This document shows positions 1 to 9,117 of a stretch of DNA of 64,000 bases, piece by piece. The notes beneath the pieces were generated by a model, which was not told the DNA's origin, did not search any database, and saw only the letters and a list, made by a program, of their open reading frames with translations. The translations under genes were made by a program, and so were the position numbers. Source of the DNA: Candidatus Gastranaerophilales bacterium (GTDB lineage Bacteria; Cyanobacteriota; Vampirovibrionia; Gastranaerophilales; Gastranaerophilaceae); the NCBI GenBank assembly GCA_944327275.1, contig CALVHB010000016.1, positions 9,169 to 73,168 on the forward strand, in the 5' to 3' direction. Position 1 is the first letter of the stretch. Every line of letters starts with the position of its first letter.

Positions 1-2
1 TA

Positions 3-326
3 GAAGAATATGATGTCCAAAGCGGAAATTTATTTAAGTCTACAGAATTTAAACTCGGAACAAATAAAAAAGATTCGGTAATGGAGTATGATCCTGTTAC
101 TTTATCAAGGGTTAAGTATACAAGTTATAAGTATGATGGTGAGACAATAAGTTGTATTAAAGAATATGATAAATCTACTGATAACCTTGTAAAAGTTACT
201 TATTACAAATCTGATGGAAAAACTCCATTACATATAGTCCAATATGATTCTAAAACAGGTAAAGAGTTAAAAACTATTTCTAACTTGGATGAAACTGTAG
301 AAACAAATAAATCTGAAAAGAAATAA
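3..326 (+). CDS. C-terminal end of a larger repeat protein (5' end lies outside the window); YD-like repeats
   Basis: Frame 3 is open from the window edge (EEYDVQSGNLFKS...) to TAA at 324-326. It has reiterated units such as EYDVQSGNL, EYDPVTLSRV, EYDKSTDNLV and QYDSKTGKEL. Confidence 0.5.
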   Translation, partial: EEYDVQSGNLFKSTEFKLGTNKKDSVMEYDPVTLSRVKYTSYKYDGETISCIKEYDKSTDNLVKVTYYKSDGKTPLHIVQYDSKTGKELKTISNLDETVETNKSEKK

Positions 327-335
327 ATTGTATGA

Positions 336-1559
336 TTATATTTTTTTGAAAATTAATGAAGTGTTAATACCGCCGAATGCAAAATTGTTTGACATAATAT
401 AATCGGTCTTGATTTCTTTTCCTGCGCCTGTAATATAGTCAAGATTACCGCATTCAGGATCTATTTCTGTAAGATTTAAAGTAGGATGAAACCATCCTTT
501 GTTCATCATTTCTATGCTTAAAATTGCTTCGATAGCACCGCAGGCACCAAGTGTATGTCCTGTATAACTTTTTGTAGAGCTTATAGGCACTTTTCTGTTG
601 AATACCTGTTCTGTTGCATAAGTTTCAGCGATATCTCCTTGCAAAGTTGCGGTTCCATGTGCATTTACGTAACCGATTTTGTCACTTGACAGATTTGCAT
701 ATTTTAATGCAAGTTCTAATGCTATCCCCATTGTTTTTCTGTTTGGATTTGTAATATGTGTACCGTCAGTACTTGTGCCAAATCCGACTATTTCTGCATA
801 AATTTTTGCTCCGCGACGTTTTGCATGCTCATATTCTTCCAATATTAAAGTTCCGGCACCTTCTCCAATTACTAAACCGTCCCTGTTTTTGTCAAAAGGA
901 GATGGAGTTAGCTTTGGAGTTGAGTTCTTTTGACTTGTTGCATAAAGAGTATCAAATATTGCTATTTCAGTTGCGTGCAATTCTTCTCCACCACCAGCTA
1001 TCATTACTGTTTCATAACCGTTTTTTATGGTTTCATAAGCGTAGCCTATTCCCATAGAACCTGATGTGCAGGCTGTTGAACAAGGGACTAAACGACCTAT
1101 TGTTTTAAAATACAGTGAAATGTTTACTGCACTTGTTTGAGGCATCATTTTCACGTATGAACCTGAATTAAGTCCTTTTACTTCTTTATCTACTTGCATT
1201 CCGTAAAAGTCAATTATAGCATCCAGTGAACCTGATGAAGAACCGTAGCTTACGCCTGTTTGACCATTCGTAATAATTTCATTGCCCAAAAGTCCTGCAT
1301 CTTCTAGGGCTAATTCAGCAGTTCTTACAGCCATTACAGACAAAGGCCCCATTGTCCTCAATACTTTGCGATTATATGTATCAGGGATTTGAAACCCTTT
1401 GACTCTTGCAGAAAGACGTGTGTTGAGCCTTTTGTATTGATCAAGATCTTGGTTATATTCAACACAATTTTCCAGTTTTTGCAGACTTTCGTAAGCTGTT
1501 TTAATATCACTGCCTAATGGGCTTGTTAATGACATTCCTGTTACTACAACACGTCTCAC
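336..1559 (-). CDS. beta-ketoacyl-ACP synthase (FabF/FabB-like KS of the polyene cluster)
   Basis: 407 aa. The Cys-His-His triad motifs STACTSG, NAHGTAT and TGHTLGACG are present. The start overlaps the stop of the reductase gene by 4 nt. Confidence 0.85.
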   Translation of the reverse strand: MRRVVVTGMSLTSPLGSDIKTAYESLQKLENCVEYNQDLDQYKRLNTRLSARVKGFQIPDTYNRKVLRTMGPLSVMAVRTAELALEDAGLLGNEIITNGQTGVSYGSSSGSLDAIIDFYGMQVDKEVKGLNSGSYVKMMPQTSAVNISLYFKTIGRLVPCSTACTSGSMGIGYAYETIKNGYETVMIAGGGEELHATEIAIFDTLYATSQKNSTPKLTPSPFDKNRDGLVIGEGAGTLILEEYEHAKRRGAKIYAEIVGFGTSTDGTHITNPNRKTMGIALELALKYANLSSDKIGYVNAHGTATLQGDIAETYATEQVFNRKVPISSTKSYTGHTLGACGAIEAILSIEMMNKGWFHPTLNLTEIDPECGNLDYITGAGKEIKTDYIMSNNFAFGGINTSLIFKKI

Positions 1560-2272
1560 AGATACATACCTCCGTTTACGGAAATTACTTGACCGGTAAT
1601 ATATCCAGCATCTTCACTCATAAGATAATTTACAAGACTTGCTACTTCTTTTGCATTTCCAAGTCTTTTCATTGGGATTAATTTTTTAACTTCATCTATT
1701 GGAACATCTTTTATCATATCAGTATCAATTACTCCCGGAGCGACACAATTTACTGTAATTCCTCGTTTGGCAAGTTCAAGTGAGAGTGCTTTTGTTGCTC
1801 CTATTATTCCGGCTTTTGACGCTGAATAATTTACTTGTCCGCGATTACCACAAAGACCGGAGATTGATGAAAGAGTTATAATTCTGCCTTTTATTCTGTT
1901 TGAAATCATCGGCATAACGAGAGGTTTTAAAACATTATAAAAACCTGTTAGGTTTGTGTTAATAACCTCATCCCATTCTTCTCCTTCAAGGACAGGAAAT
2001 ACATTGTCTTTTGCAATACCTGCATTAAGGACCACTCCGTAATATAATTTTTCTTCCAATACTGATGAACATTCTTTTCTATCTTTGATGTCAAATTTAA
2101 GAATATTTGCATTGCATCCAAGTGCTTTTATTTCATCTGCAGTATTTTGAGCTTTTTCTTTGTTATTGACGTAATGTACATCAATATCGTAGCCATTTTT
2201 TGCAAGATATAAAGCAATCTCTTTTCCAATACCTCTGCTTGAGCCTGTTACTAAAACTTTCTTTTTATCCAC
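1556..2272 (-). CDS. 3-oxoacyl-ACP reductase (FabG-type SDR)
   Basis: 238 aa with TGSSRGIG cofactor motif, NAG, and YSASK catalytic motif. Confidence 0.85.
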   Translation of the reverse strand: MDKKKVLVTGSSRGIGKEIALYLAKNGYDIDVHYVNNKEKAQNTADEIKALGCNANILKFDIKDRKECSSVLEEKLYYGVVLNAGIAKDNVFPVLEGEEWDEVINTNLTGFYNVLKPLVMPMISNRIKGRIITLSSISGLCGNRGQVNYSASKAGIIGATKALSLELAKRGITVNCVAPGVIDTDMIKDVPIDEVKKLIPMKRLGNAKEVASLVNYLMSEDAGYITGQVISVNGGMYL

Positions 2273-2721
2273 TAATTTAATTCCTTTATGTATTTTTCTG
2301 CATCTTTTGGTTGAAATGCATTTATAGTAGCTTTTGCAACGTAGTCCTCTTTTTCACCATTATAAATTAAACACTCAAATGAGACAAGTTCATCATCTCC
2401 ATAAAGTTCTTGTGCGGTAATAGTATAAGTTTTACCATTTTCAAATTTCTCTAAAGAATTTTCGTATAATCTTGTACCCAGCAAAAAACCTATTTTAGGG
2501 ATTGTTTCTCCAGCTTTGTAATAAGCGTAGCATCCGATAGTTTGTGCCATAAATTCAATACCTGCGAGAGGAGATATTCCATTGATTTCTTTATTGTAAA
2601 ATACCTTGTTTTCGTGTATTTTTACGGAAGTTTTAACAATTTTATTTTCCATATCGATTTTTAGAATGTCATCGATTAGAATCATAGGTTCATCATGTGG
2701 AAGAATTTTAGCTAAATCCAT
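2272..2721 (-). CDS. hotdog-fold 3-hydroxyacyl-ACP dehydratase (aryl-polyene-cluster type)
   Basis: 149 aa. The N-terminal LPHDEPMILID motif is typical of cluster-associated FabZ/FabA-like dehydratases. It is operonic with the KS and KR genes. Confidence 0.7.
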   Translation of the reverse strand: MDLAKILPHDEPMILIDDILKIDMENKIVKTSVKIHENKVFYNKEINGISPLAGIEFMAQTIGCYAYYKAGETIPKIGFLLGTRLYENSLEKFENGKTYTITAQELYGDDELVSFECLIYNGEKEDYVAKATINAFQPKDAEKYIKELN

Positions 2722-2724
2722 TAG

Positions 2725-3786
2725 TTATACTCCTACTATTATTACTGCGTTGGTACCACCAAAACCAAATGAGGTACACATACAGGTTTTAATCCTATTT
2801 GAGGATATTTTTTCATTTACAAGATTAATTTTAGGTAATGCGGGATCATATTCTCCATCGTATATGTGGATTGGTAAATCTCTCAATCCTTTTAAAATTT
2901 CCCAACAAATAAAAGTTTCCACACTAGCTGCAGCTCCAAGGCAGTGCCCTGTAATAGGTTTTGTTGAGCTTGATGGTGTGGTATCTTTAAAAACTTTATA
3001 GATAGCGTTTGCTTCCATTAAGTCATTTGAAATTGTTCCGGTACCGTGTAAGTTTATGTAATCTATATTTTCAGGTTTTAATGATGCATTTGCTAAAGCT
3101 TGTTTTATGGCCGCAACAGCTTGTTCTCCTTCCGGATCAGGGGTTGCTGAATGATATGCGTCGGAAGTTTCTCCTATCCCAAGAATTTTTACCCCTTTAA
3201 GGTTTTCGCCTTTTTCTAAAATAAATAATGCTCCGCCCTCTCCGAGGTTTATTCCTTTACGATTTTTTGAAAACGGAATTGTTTTTTCACTAGATAATAC
3301 TTCTAATGCGTTGAATCCGTACGTCGGCATGCTTGCAAGCGTATCTATACCGCCTGCAATGACCACTTTACAAACATTATTTTCAAGTAGTTTGATTGCT
3401 GTAGAAAAAGCTTTTATACCCGAAGTGCAGGCTGTTGAGACACAAGCTGCGTAATTTGTGGTGCCTAAATAATTCTTTAAAAACTCTACAGGATTTCCAA
3501 GTTCTGCGTGGTGTTTATTTTCGGATGTTTCGAATTCTTCGATTCCTGAATTTGTAGTACCTATAACTATACCAATATCATTTTTTTCAAAACGACTTAA
3601 ATCAAACTTATCAACAAGAAATTTTAAAATTCTGTTGCATCGCAAGTTAAAATTTGGATTGTTAATTTGTGGAAACTCTTTTTCAATTTTACCAAAGTAA
3701 AAACTTGAGCCTTTAACAATTTCATTATCAAAAGATAAGTGTTCTGCAAAAATAGCTTGCGCATCTGTGATAAAAATATCGTTCAT
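2725..3786 (-). CDS. beta-ketoacyl synthase (second KS)
   Basis: 353 aa with motifs VSTACTSG, LHGTGT and TGHCLGAA. Confidence 0.8.
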   Translation of the reverse strand: MNDIFITDAQAIFAEHLSFDNEIVKGSSFYFGKIEKEFPQINNPNFNLRCNRILKFLVDKFDLSRFEKNDIGIVIGTTNSGIEEFETSENKHHAELGNPVEFLKNYLGTTNYAACVSTACTSGIKAFSTAIKLLENNVCKVVIAGGIDTLASMPTYGFNALEVLSSEKTIPFSKNRKGINLGEGGALFILEKGENLKGVKILGIGETSDAYHSATPDPEGEQAVAAIKQALANASLKPENIDYINLHGTGTISNDLMEANAIYKVFKDTTPSSSTKPITGHCLGAAASVETFICWEILKGLRDLPIHIYDGEYDPALPKINLVNEKISSNRIKTCMCTSFGFGGTNAVIIVGV

Positions 3787-3803
3787 GATAATATGTTAAC
3801 ATG
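3784..3803. promoter_or_regulatory. candidate bidirectional promoter core: two mirror-image extended -10 elements between back-to-back start codons
   Basis: Plus strand: TGaTAATAT at 3786-3794, ending 6 nt before ATG 3801. Minus strand: TGtTAACAT at 3801-3793, ending 6 nt before ATG 3786. Neither gene has a Shine-Dalgarno. Confidence 0.3.
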
Positions 3804-4382
3804 AATGGAATTGAACTGGAATTTTTTATAAAAAAGATTTCACACTCAAATGGTGATTGTATTGATTTAAATCAAATTCCTATGCTTATGAGAAGGAAGC
3901 TTTCTCCTGTTGGCAAAATTGCCCTCAGTACTATGTTGAATTGTTATGATGGAGATGATGTAAAATTAGTTTTTGCTTCAAGATATGGGGAGTTAGAAAG
4001 AGTTGTAAAACTTATAAAACAAAAAAATGAAGAAAATGAAATTTCCCCGACAGGATTTAGTTTTTCTGTTCATAATTCAAATATTGGTTTATTTTCACTT
4101 ATAAATAAAATTCATAGTGGTTATAATTCTGTTGCTGCAGGTGAAGAAAGTTTTTCTTTAGGACTTTTGGATGCAGTTATGAACAAATCAAAAACGCTTT
4201 TTTGTTACGCGGAATCTGTTGATAGATATGAAAGTACATCTATTCTTTTGGATGTTAAGGATGGAGAGAAAGTAAGAATTGTTAGTAACAGTGAAAATAT
4301 TGAATCTAACAATTTTTCTGAATTTTTAGCAGGTGGAAAGTATATCTGTCCTTTATACGTAATGGAGAGAGTATATGATTAG
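3801..4382 (+). CDS. KS-like protein without active-site Cys (chain-length-factor-like)
   Basis: 193 aa. It resembles a KS N-terminal domain (RRKLSPVGKIAL, SPTGFSFSVHNSNIG) but lacks the ACTSG Cys motif. It lies next to a full KS, as in aryl-polyene clusters. Confidence 0.55.
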   Translation: MNGIELEFFIKKISHSNGDCIDLNQIPMLMRRKLSPVGKIALSTMLNCYDGDDVKLVFASRYGELERVVKLIKQKNEENEISPTGFSFSVHNSNIGLFSLINKIHSGYNSVAAGEESFSLGLLDAVMNKSKTLFCYAESVDRYESTSILLDVKDGEKVRIVSNSENIESNNFSEFLAGGKYICPLYVMERVYD

Positions 4383-5103
4383 ATTTGTGAGAGGATTTTT
4401 AGTTGTATTGCTGTTTTCCATATTTGGAGTATGTTCGCTTATTTTGGGTTTTGTGTTTTTACCTATTGGGAAAATTTTTATTAAACATAAGAATAAACGA
4501 GAATCCTTTTCACGCTTAATACATAAACTCTGGCATTTCTATACTAATCTTTTTGTTTTATTAGGTTTAATAAAAATCAAGTTGAATAATTTTGAGCAAG
4601 TTAGCGGTAAAATTATAGTTTCCACACATCCGACATTTATTGATATTATGATATTAATCGGACTTTATGACAATTCTTTATGCTTAGCTAAAAAAGAGTT
4701 GTTGGATAATATATTTTTAAAAAACATAATAAAAAATGTATATATTCCGAATAATGTTGATTTGGAAGAGTTTAAAAAAATATCTACGGAAGCTCTAAAT
4801 GATGGGTATAATATTATTATTTTTCCAACAGGTACAAGGACAATAGAGGGTGAGGATTTAAAAATTCATAAAGGAGCTGCAGCATTGCAAATAGCTTCTG
4901 GAGCTGATATTGTTCCTTTGACGATTAAATGTGATTATCCTTTTTTACAAAAAGGGCAGCCGATATACGATGCTTCTGACAGATTAATTACGTATACAAT
5001 AAGTCAACTAAATCCGATAAAATTGTCTGATTTTGACGAAGATTCTGAAATAAAACTAAGAAAAGCAATTTCTGAAAAAATCAAATTCTATTTTACCCAT
5101 TAG
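4375..5103 (+). CDS. PlsC-family lysophospholipid acyltransferase
   Basis: 242 aa with an N-terminal TM helix, HX4D motif HPTFID and motif FPTGTR. Confidence 0.75.
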   Translation: MIRFVRGFLVVLLFSIFGVCSLILGFVFLPIGKIFIKHKNKRESFSRLIHKLWHFYTNLFVLLGLIKIKLNNFEQVSGKIIVSTHPTFIDIMILIGLYDNSLCLAKKELLDNIFLKNIIKNVYIPNNVDLEEFKKISTEALNDGYNIIIFPTGTRTIEGEDLKIHKGAAALQIASGADIVPLTIKCDYPFLQKGQPIYDASDRLITYTISQLNPIKLSDFDEDSEIKLRKAISEKIKFYFTH

Positions 5104-5164
5104 TTGTTAGCAATTTTTTTTATTTTTTTGTTTTTATAAATATACAAGGTAGAAAGGTATTTTT

Positions 5165-6457
5165 GTGTCAATACAACCGGTAAATTGTTCAAACGTAAAT
5201 AGTCTTAATAATATAAATTTAGGTAATTCAACCCCAGTATCTTTTAAGCAAAGTCTAACGCAACAAACTCCTGATACTGTAGAAATAGAAGGTAAGAAAA
5301 AAACTCTTTCAAACGGACAAAAATGGGGGATTGGTCTTGGTATAGCTGCTGCTTTGACGGCTACGGCATTGTTGCTTCGCGGAAAAGTCGGTGCAGCTAA
5401 AGAAGAAGTTGTAAAACTGGCTGAACATATTGATTTTACTCCTGCTAAAACAACTAAGGAAGCAATAGAATTTGCAAAAACAAAATTGGGTGTAAAAAAT
5501 TATGATGATAGTATGCCTTTGGATGTAATGAACTGGGTAAATGAGGGGCTTACAAATATTAATAACGTACGAAAAGGCAAAGCTAAATTATTTGATACAA
5601 TAACATATATGGATTTGTCTGAAGAGCGTGTTTTAGCTTCTTGTGCTAACTTAGATGATTATAAACTTGGAATGCACCTTAATGTAAATAAAAAAATTTT
5701 TGAAAATATTGGTGATTCTATAGAACGTAGTATTAAAAGTGGTTTAGATAAGAAAATTTTATATAAAGATAGTGAAGGAAAGCTTGCCTTATATAGATTT
5801 TATCATTGTGGAGAAGTTTCTGATAATTTATTGAAAAATTTAAATAAATTTAATGAAAATCCGGAAAGTTTTTCGTTGATGGATAAAGTTAAATTGTATG
5901 AAGAGTTTACATCTGTGGGTAATGCTGTAAATAGTTTCTATGATGCTCCTTATTCAAAATTAGAAAATTTGCTGAAAAATGAAAGAATACAAGAAACTTT
6001 ATTAGCACACTCAAAATTGCCTGATTTAAAACAAATAGAAAAACTATCAACAAAACAACAAAGGAATGTACTTGTGGATGTTGTAAATACTTGTCTTTAT
6101 TCAGGTGATGATATATGTTTAAGTTATCCTCCAGGAGATAAATTTAGAACTATTTATCATGAAAACGGACATTTGGAACATCGAATTAAAATAGGTGAAG
6201 ACAAATTTTTATCTATGAGAAAACCAGAAGAATGCATTGAACGTTTTGGTAAAGTATCAGATATTACAAATGATTTTATAAACAGTAAAGAAAAACAACA
6301 AACTGCTAATAGAGTTTCTAATTATGCACCTGAATCACCTTTAGAATTTGTGGCAGAAGTTTATAGAAGATTGATTAATAAAGCATTAGGCGGAAAAGAA
6401 AATATTCCTGATGATGTTATGAAATTATACAATGAGTATGGTGGTCCTGCTATTTAA
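5165..6457 (+). CDS. membrane-anchored HExxH zincin-like protein (hypothetical)
   Basis: GTG start preceded by GAAAGG. It has one hydrophobic helix (WGIGLGIAAALTATALLL), a YHENGHLEH motif and, about 60 aa later, PLEFVAEVY. Confidence 0.5.
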   Translation: MSIQPVNCSNVNSLNNINLGNSTPVSFKQSLTQQTPDTVEIEGKKKTLSNGQKWGIGLGIAAALTATALLLRGKVGAAKEEVVKLAEHIDFTPAKTTKEAIEFAKTKLGVKNYDDSMPLDVMNWVNEGLTNINNVRKGKAKLFDTITYMDLSEERVLASCANLDDYKLGMHLNVNKKIFENIGDSIERSIKSGLDKKILYKDSEGKLALYRFYHCGEVSDNLLKNLNKFNENPESFSLMDKVKLYEEFTSVGNAVNSFYDAPYSKLENLLKNERIQETLLAHSKLPDLKQIEKLSTKQQRNVLVDVVNTCLYSGDDICLSYPPGDKFRTIYHENGHLEHRIKIGEDKFLSMRKPEECIERFGKVSDITNDFINSKEKQQTANRVSNYAPESPLEFVAEVYRRLINKALGGKENIPDDVMKLYNEYGGPAI

Positions 6458-6475
6458 GCTGTATTCTTTTTTAAT

Positions 6476-6504
6476 TTGACTTTAATCGCTAATTAAGTTA
6501 TAAG
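6476..6504 (+). promoter_or_regulatory. sigma70-like promoter in front of the ACP genes
   Basis: TTGACT (6476-6481), 17 nt spacer, TATAAG (6499-6504), 25 nt upstream of ATG 6530. Confidence 0.4.
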
Positions 6505-6529
6505 TATTTATATAGGTGGATTAAGAAAG

Positions 6530-6784
6530 ATGTGTTTAGAAAAAGAAATTAAAACTCTAATCATTGAATCTCTTGAATTAGAGGATATAACTGTCGATGA
6601 TATAAAAGATGATGAGCCGTTATTTATTACTGGGCTTGGTCTTGATAGTATTGATGCTTTGGAACTTGGAATGGCATTGAAGAAAAAGTATAATGTTGAT
6701 TTGAGTGAAAATAAAGAAGAAAATAAAAAATATTTTTATTCGGTTAAAACAATTGCAGATTATATAAGAAGTAAGGTTAATTAA
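6530..6784 (+). CDS. acyl carrier protein
   Basis: 84 aa with phosphopantetheine Ser motif GLDSIDALEL. Confidence 0.85.
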   Translation: MCLEKEIKTLIIESLELEDITVDDIKDDEPLFITGLGLDSIDALELGMALKKKYNVDLSENKEENKKYFYSVKTIADYIRSKVN

Positions 6785-7036
6785 ATGTCTAAAAAATACT
6801 CTAGAGAACAGATTTTTGATAGATTAAAGGAAATTTTGGCTGATGATTTTGAAATTGAGCCTGAAAAACTTGTATTAGATGCAAATTTATTTGAAGATTT
6901 GGAGCTCGATAGCATTGACGCGGTTGATTTGGCTGTGAAATTGCAAGAATTTACAGAGAAAAAAATTTCTCCTGAAAATTTTAAGCAGATTAAGACAATT
7001 GGTGATGTTGTCTCTGCTGTTGAAGAGTTGTTGTAA
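6785..7036 (+). CDS. acyl carrier protein (second, tandem)
   Basis: 83 aa with motif ELDSIDAVDL. It starts directly after the first ACP stop. Confidence 0.85.
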   Translation: MSKKYSREQIFDRLKEILADDFEIEPEKLVLDANLFEDLELDSIDAVDLAVKLQEFTEKKISPENFKQIKTIGDVVSAVEELL

Positions 7037-7443
7037 TGAAAAAATTGAAGCCTGTATTACCTTTTATAGGGACAGTATTTATTGTATGTCTGTTTCATTT
7101 TAGTAAAATTTATGTACTTAAATTTTATCCTGTAATAGTTAATACTTTTATTTTTTGTGTATTTTTCTCTTCACTTTTTTGCAAGGAAACTGTTATACAA
7201 AAAATTGCAAAAAAAATGGATGGAGAGCTGACAGAATTTTCTAAAAATTACACAAGAAAACTTACATATGTTTGGTGTGTGTTTTTATTTATTAATTTGT
7301 CAATTTCTATAGCAACAGTGTTCATGTCTCCTCAAATTTGGGAATTGTATAATGCGTGCATTTCATATATTGCTCTCGGGCTTATGTTCGGAGTAGAATA
7401 TATCGTAAGAATTATTTTGAGAGCAAAATATGATAAGAGATAA
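7036..7443 (+). CDS. small integral membrane protein of the polyene cluster
   Basis: 135 aa with about 4 hydrophobic helices. It has a TAATG stop/start overlap with the ACP gene. Its position matches the small membrane protein of APE clusters. Confidence 0.6.
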   Translation: MKKLKPVLPFIGTVFIVCLFHFSKIYVLKFYPVIVNTFIFCVFFSSLFCKETVIQKIAKKMDGELTEFSKNYTRKLTYVWCVFLFINLSISIATVFMSPQIWELYNACISYIALGLMFGVEYIVRIILRAKYDKR

Positions 7444-8695
7444 AAAACCGTTTATTTTTAATACATCAGGTTCTACAGGGGAACCTAAAGTTATAAAAAA
7501 AAGTTATGAATGTGTACTTAAAGAAGGGCAGGATTTAGCGAAACTTTTTAATTTTTCTAAAGATACGGTATTTGTCTCTACCGTAAATTCTGACTATATG
7601 TATGGTACTACGTTTGCGGTTATGTTGCCTCATGTACTAGGTTGTTTTGTTGATCCTGATAGAGTTTTGTATTCGGAAGATATAAAAAATTATGAAAATT
7701 ATGTCTTTGTGTCTACTCCATCTTTTTTGGAAAAACTTGCAAAGTATAATTTTACATTCAAACATAAGCCAAAGATGATTTTTTCTGCAGGTGCAAAGCT
7801 CGACGATAAATTATTTGAATATCTTGAGGGTATATCAGAAGGTGTAACTGAAATTTATGGCAGTACTGAGGCTGGGATTATTGCTTATAGACAATCTGCA
7901 GAAAGTAATCTCAAATTCTTTGAAAATGTAACTTATAAAGATGGGAAAATATATTCTCCATATTTTGATGAAGATGAAATTGAACTTAATGATGAACTTG
8001 AATTTTTGCAAGATGGCTTTAAAATTAAGGGAAGAAATGACAGGATTGTGAAAATACAGGAAAAAAGAATATCTTTAAACGAAGTAGAAAATATCTTGAA
8101 TTCAAGTGAATTAATAGAAAAATCTTGTTGTATTAAATATGATGATAAGCTTTGTGCTGCAGTTGTTTTAAACAGTATTGGAAGAAAGTTGCTTGAAGAA
8201 AAAGGAAAGTTTGAAATCGTCAAGTTGTTGAAAGCATTTTATTCAAATAAAAAAAATGATGAAAATGGGGTGTGCCCGAAAAAATGGCGTTTTCTTTTCG
8301 ATTTGCCGACTAATGAAAGAGGCAAGACGAATGCAAATAGAGTCAGAGAAATTTTTAGTACAAATATTACATATCCAAATGTAATTGCTTCTGTTATAGC
8401 TCCTGAAGAAGCTAAATTTGATTTAATTTTCCCTAAAAACAGTAATTTTTTTAAGGGACATTTTAACATAATGCCTATTTTGCCCGGGGTTGTGCAGTTG
8501 TTTTTTGTGAAAGAATTTATAAAAGATGTTTTTGGAGTTGATTTTATTCCTGAAAAAGTTAAAAAAGTAAAGTTTTCTTCTGTGATAAAACCGGATATGA
8601 AAGTTAGGTTGGATTTGAAAAAAAATGATACAACAGTTGAATATAAGTTTACAAAAGATGATACTATTTTTTCTTCAGGAACTTTTGTTTTATAA
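7430..8695 (+). CDS. compact ANL (acyl-AMP-forming) enzyme fused to a C-terminal hotdog dehydratase domain
   Basis: 421 aa. TSGSTGEPK occurs at residues 12-20 and YGSTEAG follows. The C-terminus carries FKGHFNIMPILPGVVQL (FabZ/FabA-like). Confidence 0.75.
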   Translation: MIRDKKPFIFNTSGSTGEPKVIKKSYECVLKEGQDLAKLFNFSKDTVFVSTVNSDYMYGTTFAVMLPHVLGCFVDPDRVLYSEDIKNYENYVFVSTPSFLEKLAKYNFTFKHKPKMIFSAGAKLDDKLFEYLEGISEGVTEIYGSTEAGIIAYRQSAESNLKFFENVTYKDGKIYSPYFDEDEIELNDELEFLQDGFKIKGRNDRIVKIQEKRISLNEVENILNSSELIEKSCCIKYDDKLCAAVVLNSIGRKLLEEKGKFEIVKLLKAFYSNKKNDENGVCPKKWRFLFDLPTNERGKTNANRVREIFSTNITYPNVIASVIAPEEAKFDLIFPKNSNFFKGHFNIMPILPGVVQLFFVKEFIKDVFGVDFIPEKVKKVKFSSVIKPDMKVRLDLKKNDTTVEYKFTKDDTIFSSGTFVL

Positions 8696-8703
8696 TTGTT
8701 GGT

Positions 8704-9117
8704 ATGAAAAATATTTCTACAGAAACTTTTATAGAAGTACCTTTTTACGATTTAGATCCGATGAATGTTGTCTGGCATGGCAATTATGTCAAATATCTTG
8801 AGGTTGCAAGATGTGATTTGTTATCGAAAATTGGTTATACTTATGACGATATGAAATCTGACGGGTTTGCTTATCCTGTTGCTACTATGGAGTTGAAATT
8901 TATAAAATCAGCTTGTTTTGCTCAAAAGTTGAGAGTGGTCTCTACTATTACAGATTACGAACCGGCTTTAAATATGAAGTATGAAATTTTTGATGCAAAT
9001 ACAGGTGAAAAAATTTTTAAAGCAAAAAGTATGCAAATTTGTGTTGATATTAAAACCAGAGAAAGCCTATATACCGCTCCAAGCAGATTCGCTGAGAAAT
9101 TGGAGGCTTATGCGTAA
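8704..9117 (+). CDS. 4HBT/YbgC-type acyl thioesterase
   Basis: 137 aa with hotdog thioesterase N-terminal motif VPFYDLDPMNVVWHGNYVKYLE. Confidence 0.75.
   Translation: MKNISTETFIEVPFYDLDPMNVVWHGNYVKYLEVARCDLLSKIGYTYDDMKSDGFAYPVATMELKFIKSACFAQKLRVVSTITDYEPALNMKYEIFDANTGEKIFKAKSMQICVDIKTRESLYTAPSRFAEKLEAYA

Noticed and set aside
5104-6496. Possible inverted repeats flanking the HExxH gene (TTAGCAATT at about 5108 and AATCGCTAA at about 6484) as signs of a mobile insertion.
   Set aside because: The match is only 8 of 9 nt, there are no target-site duplications and there is no transposase. This is not significant.
8981-9109. Upstream start (8981) for the LolA-like gene, as given in the ORF track.
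   Set aside because: It would overlap the thioesterase gene by 137 nt. ATG 9110 gives a clean signal peptide and the usual short stop/start overlap.
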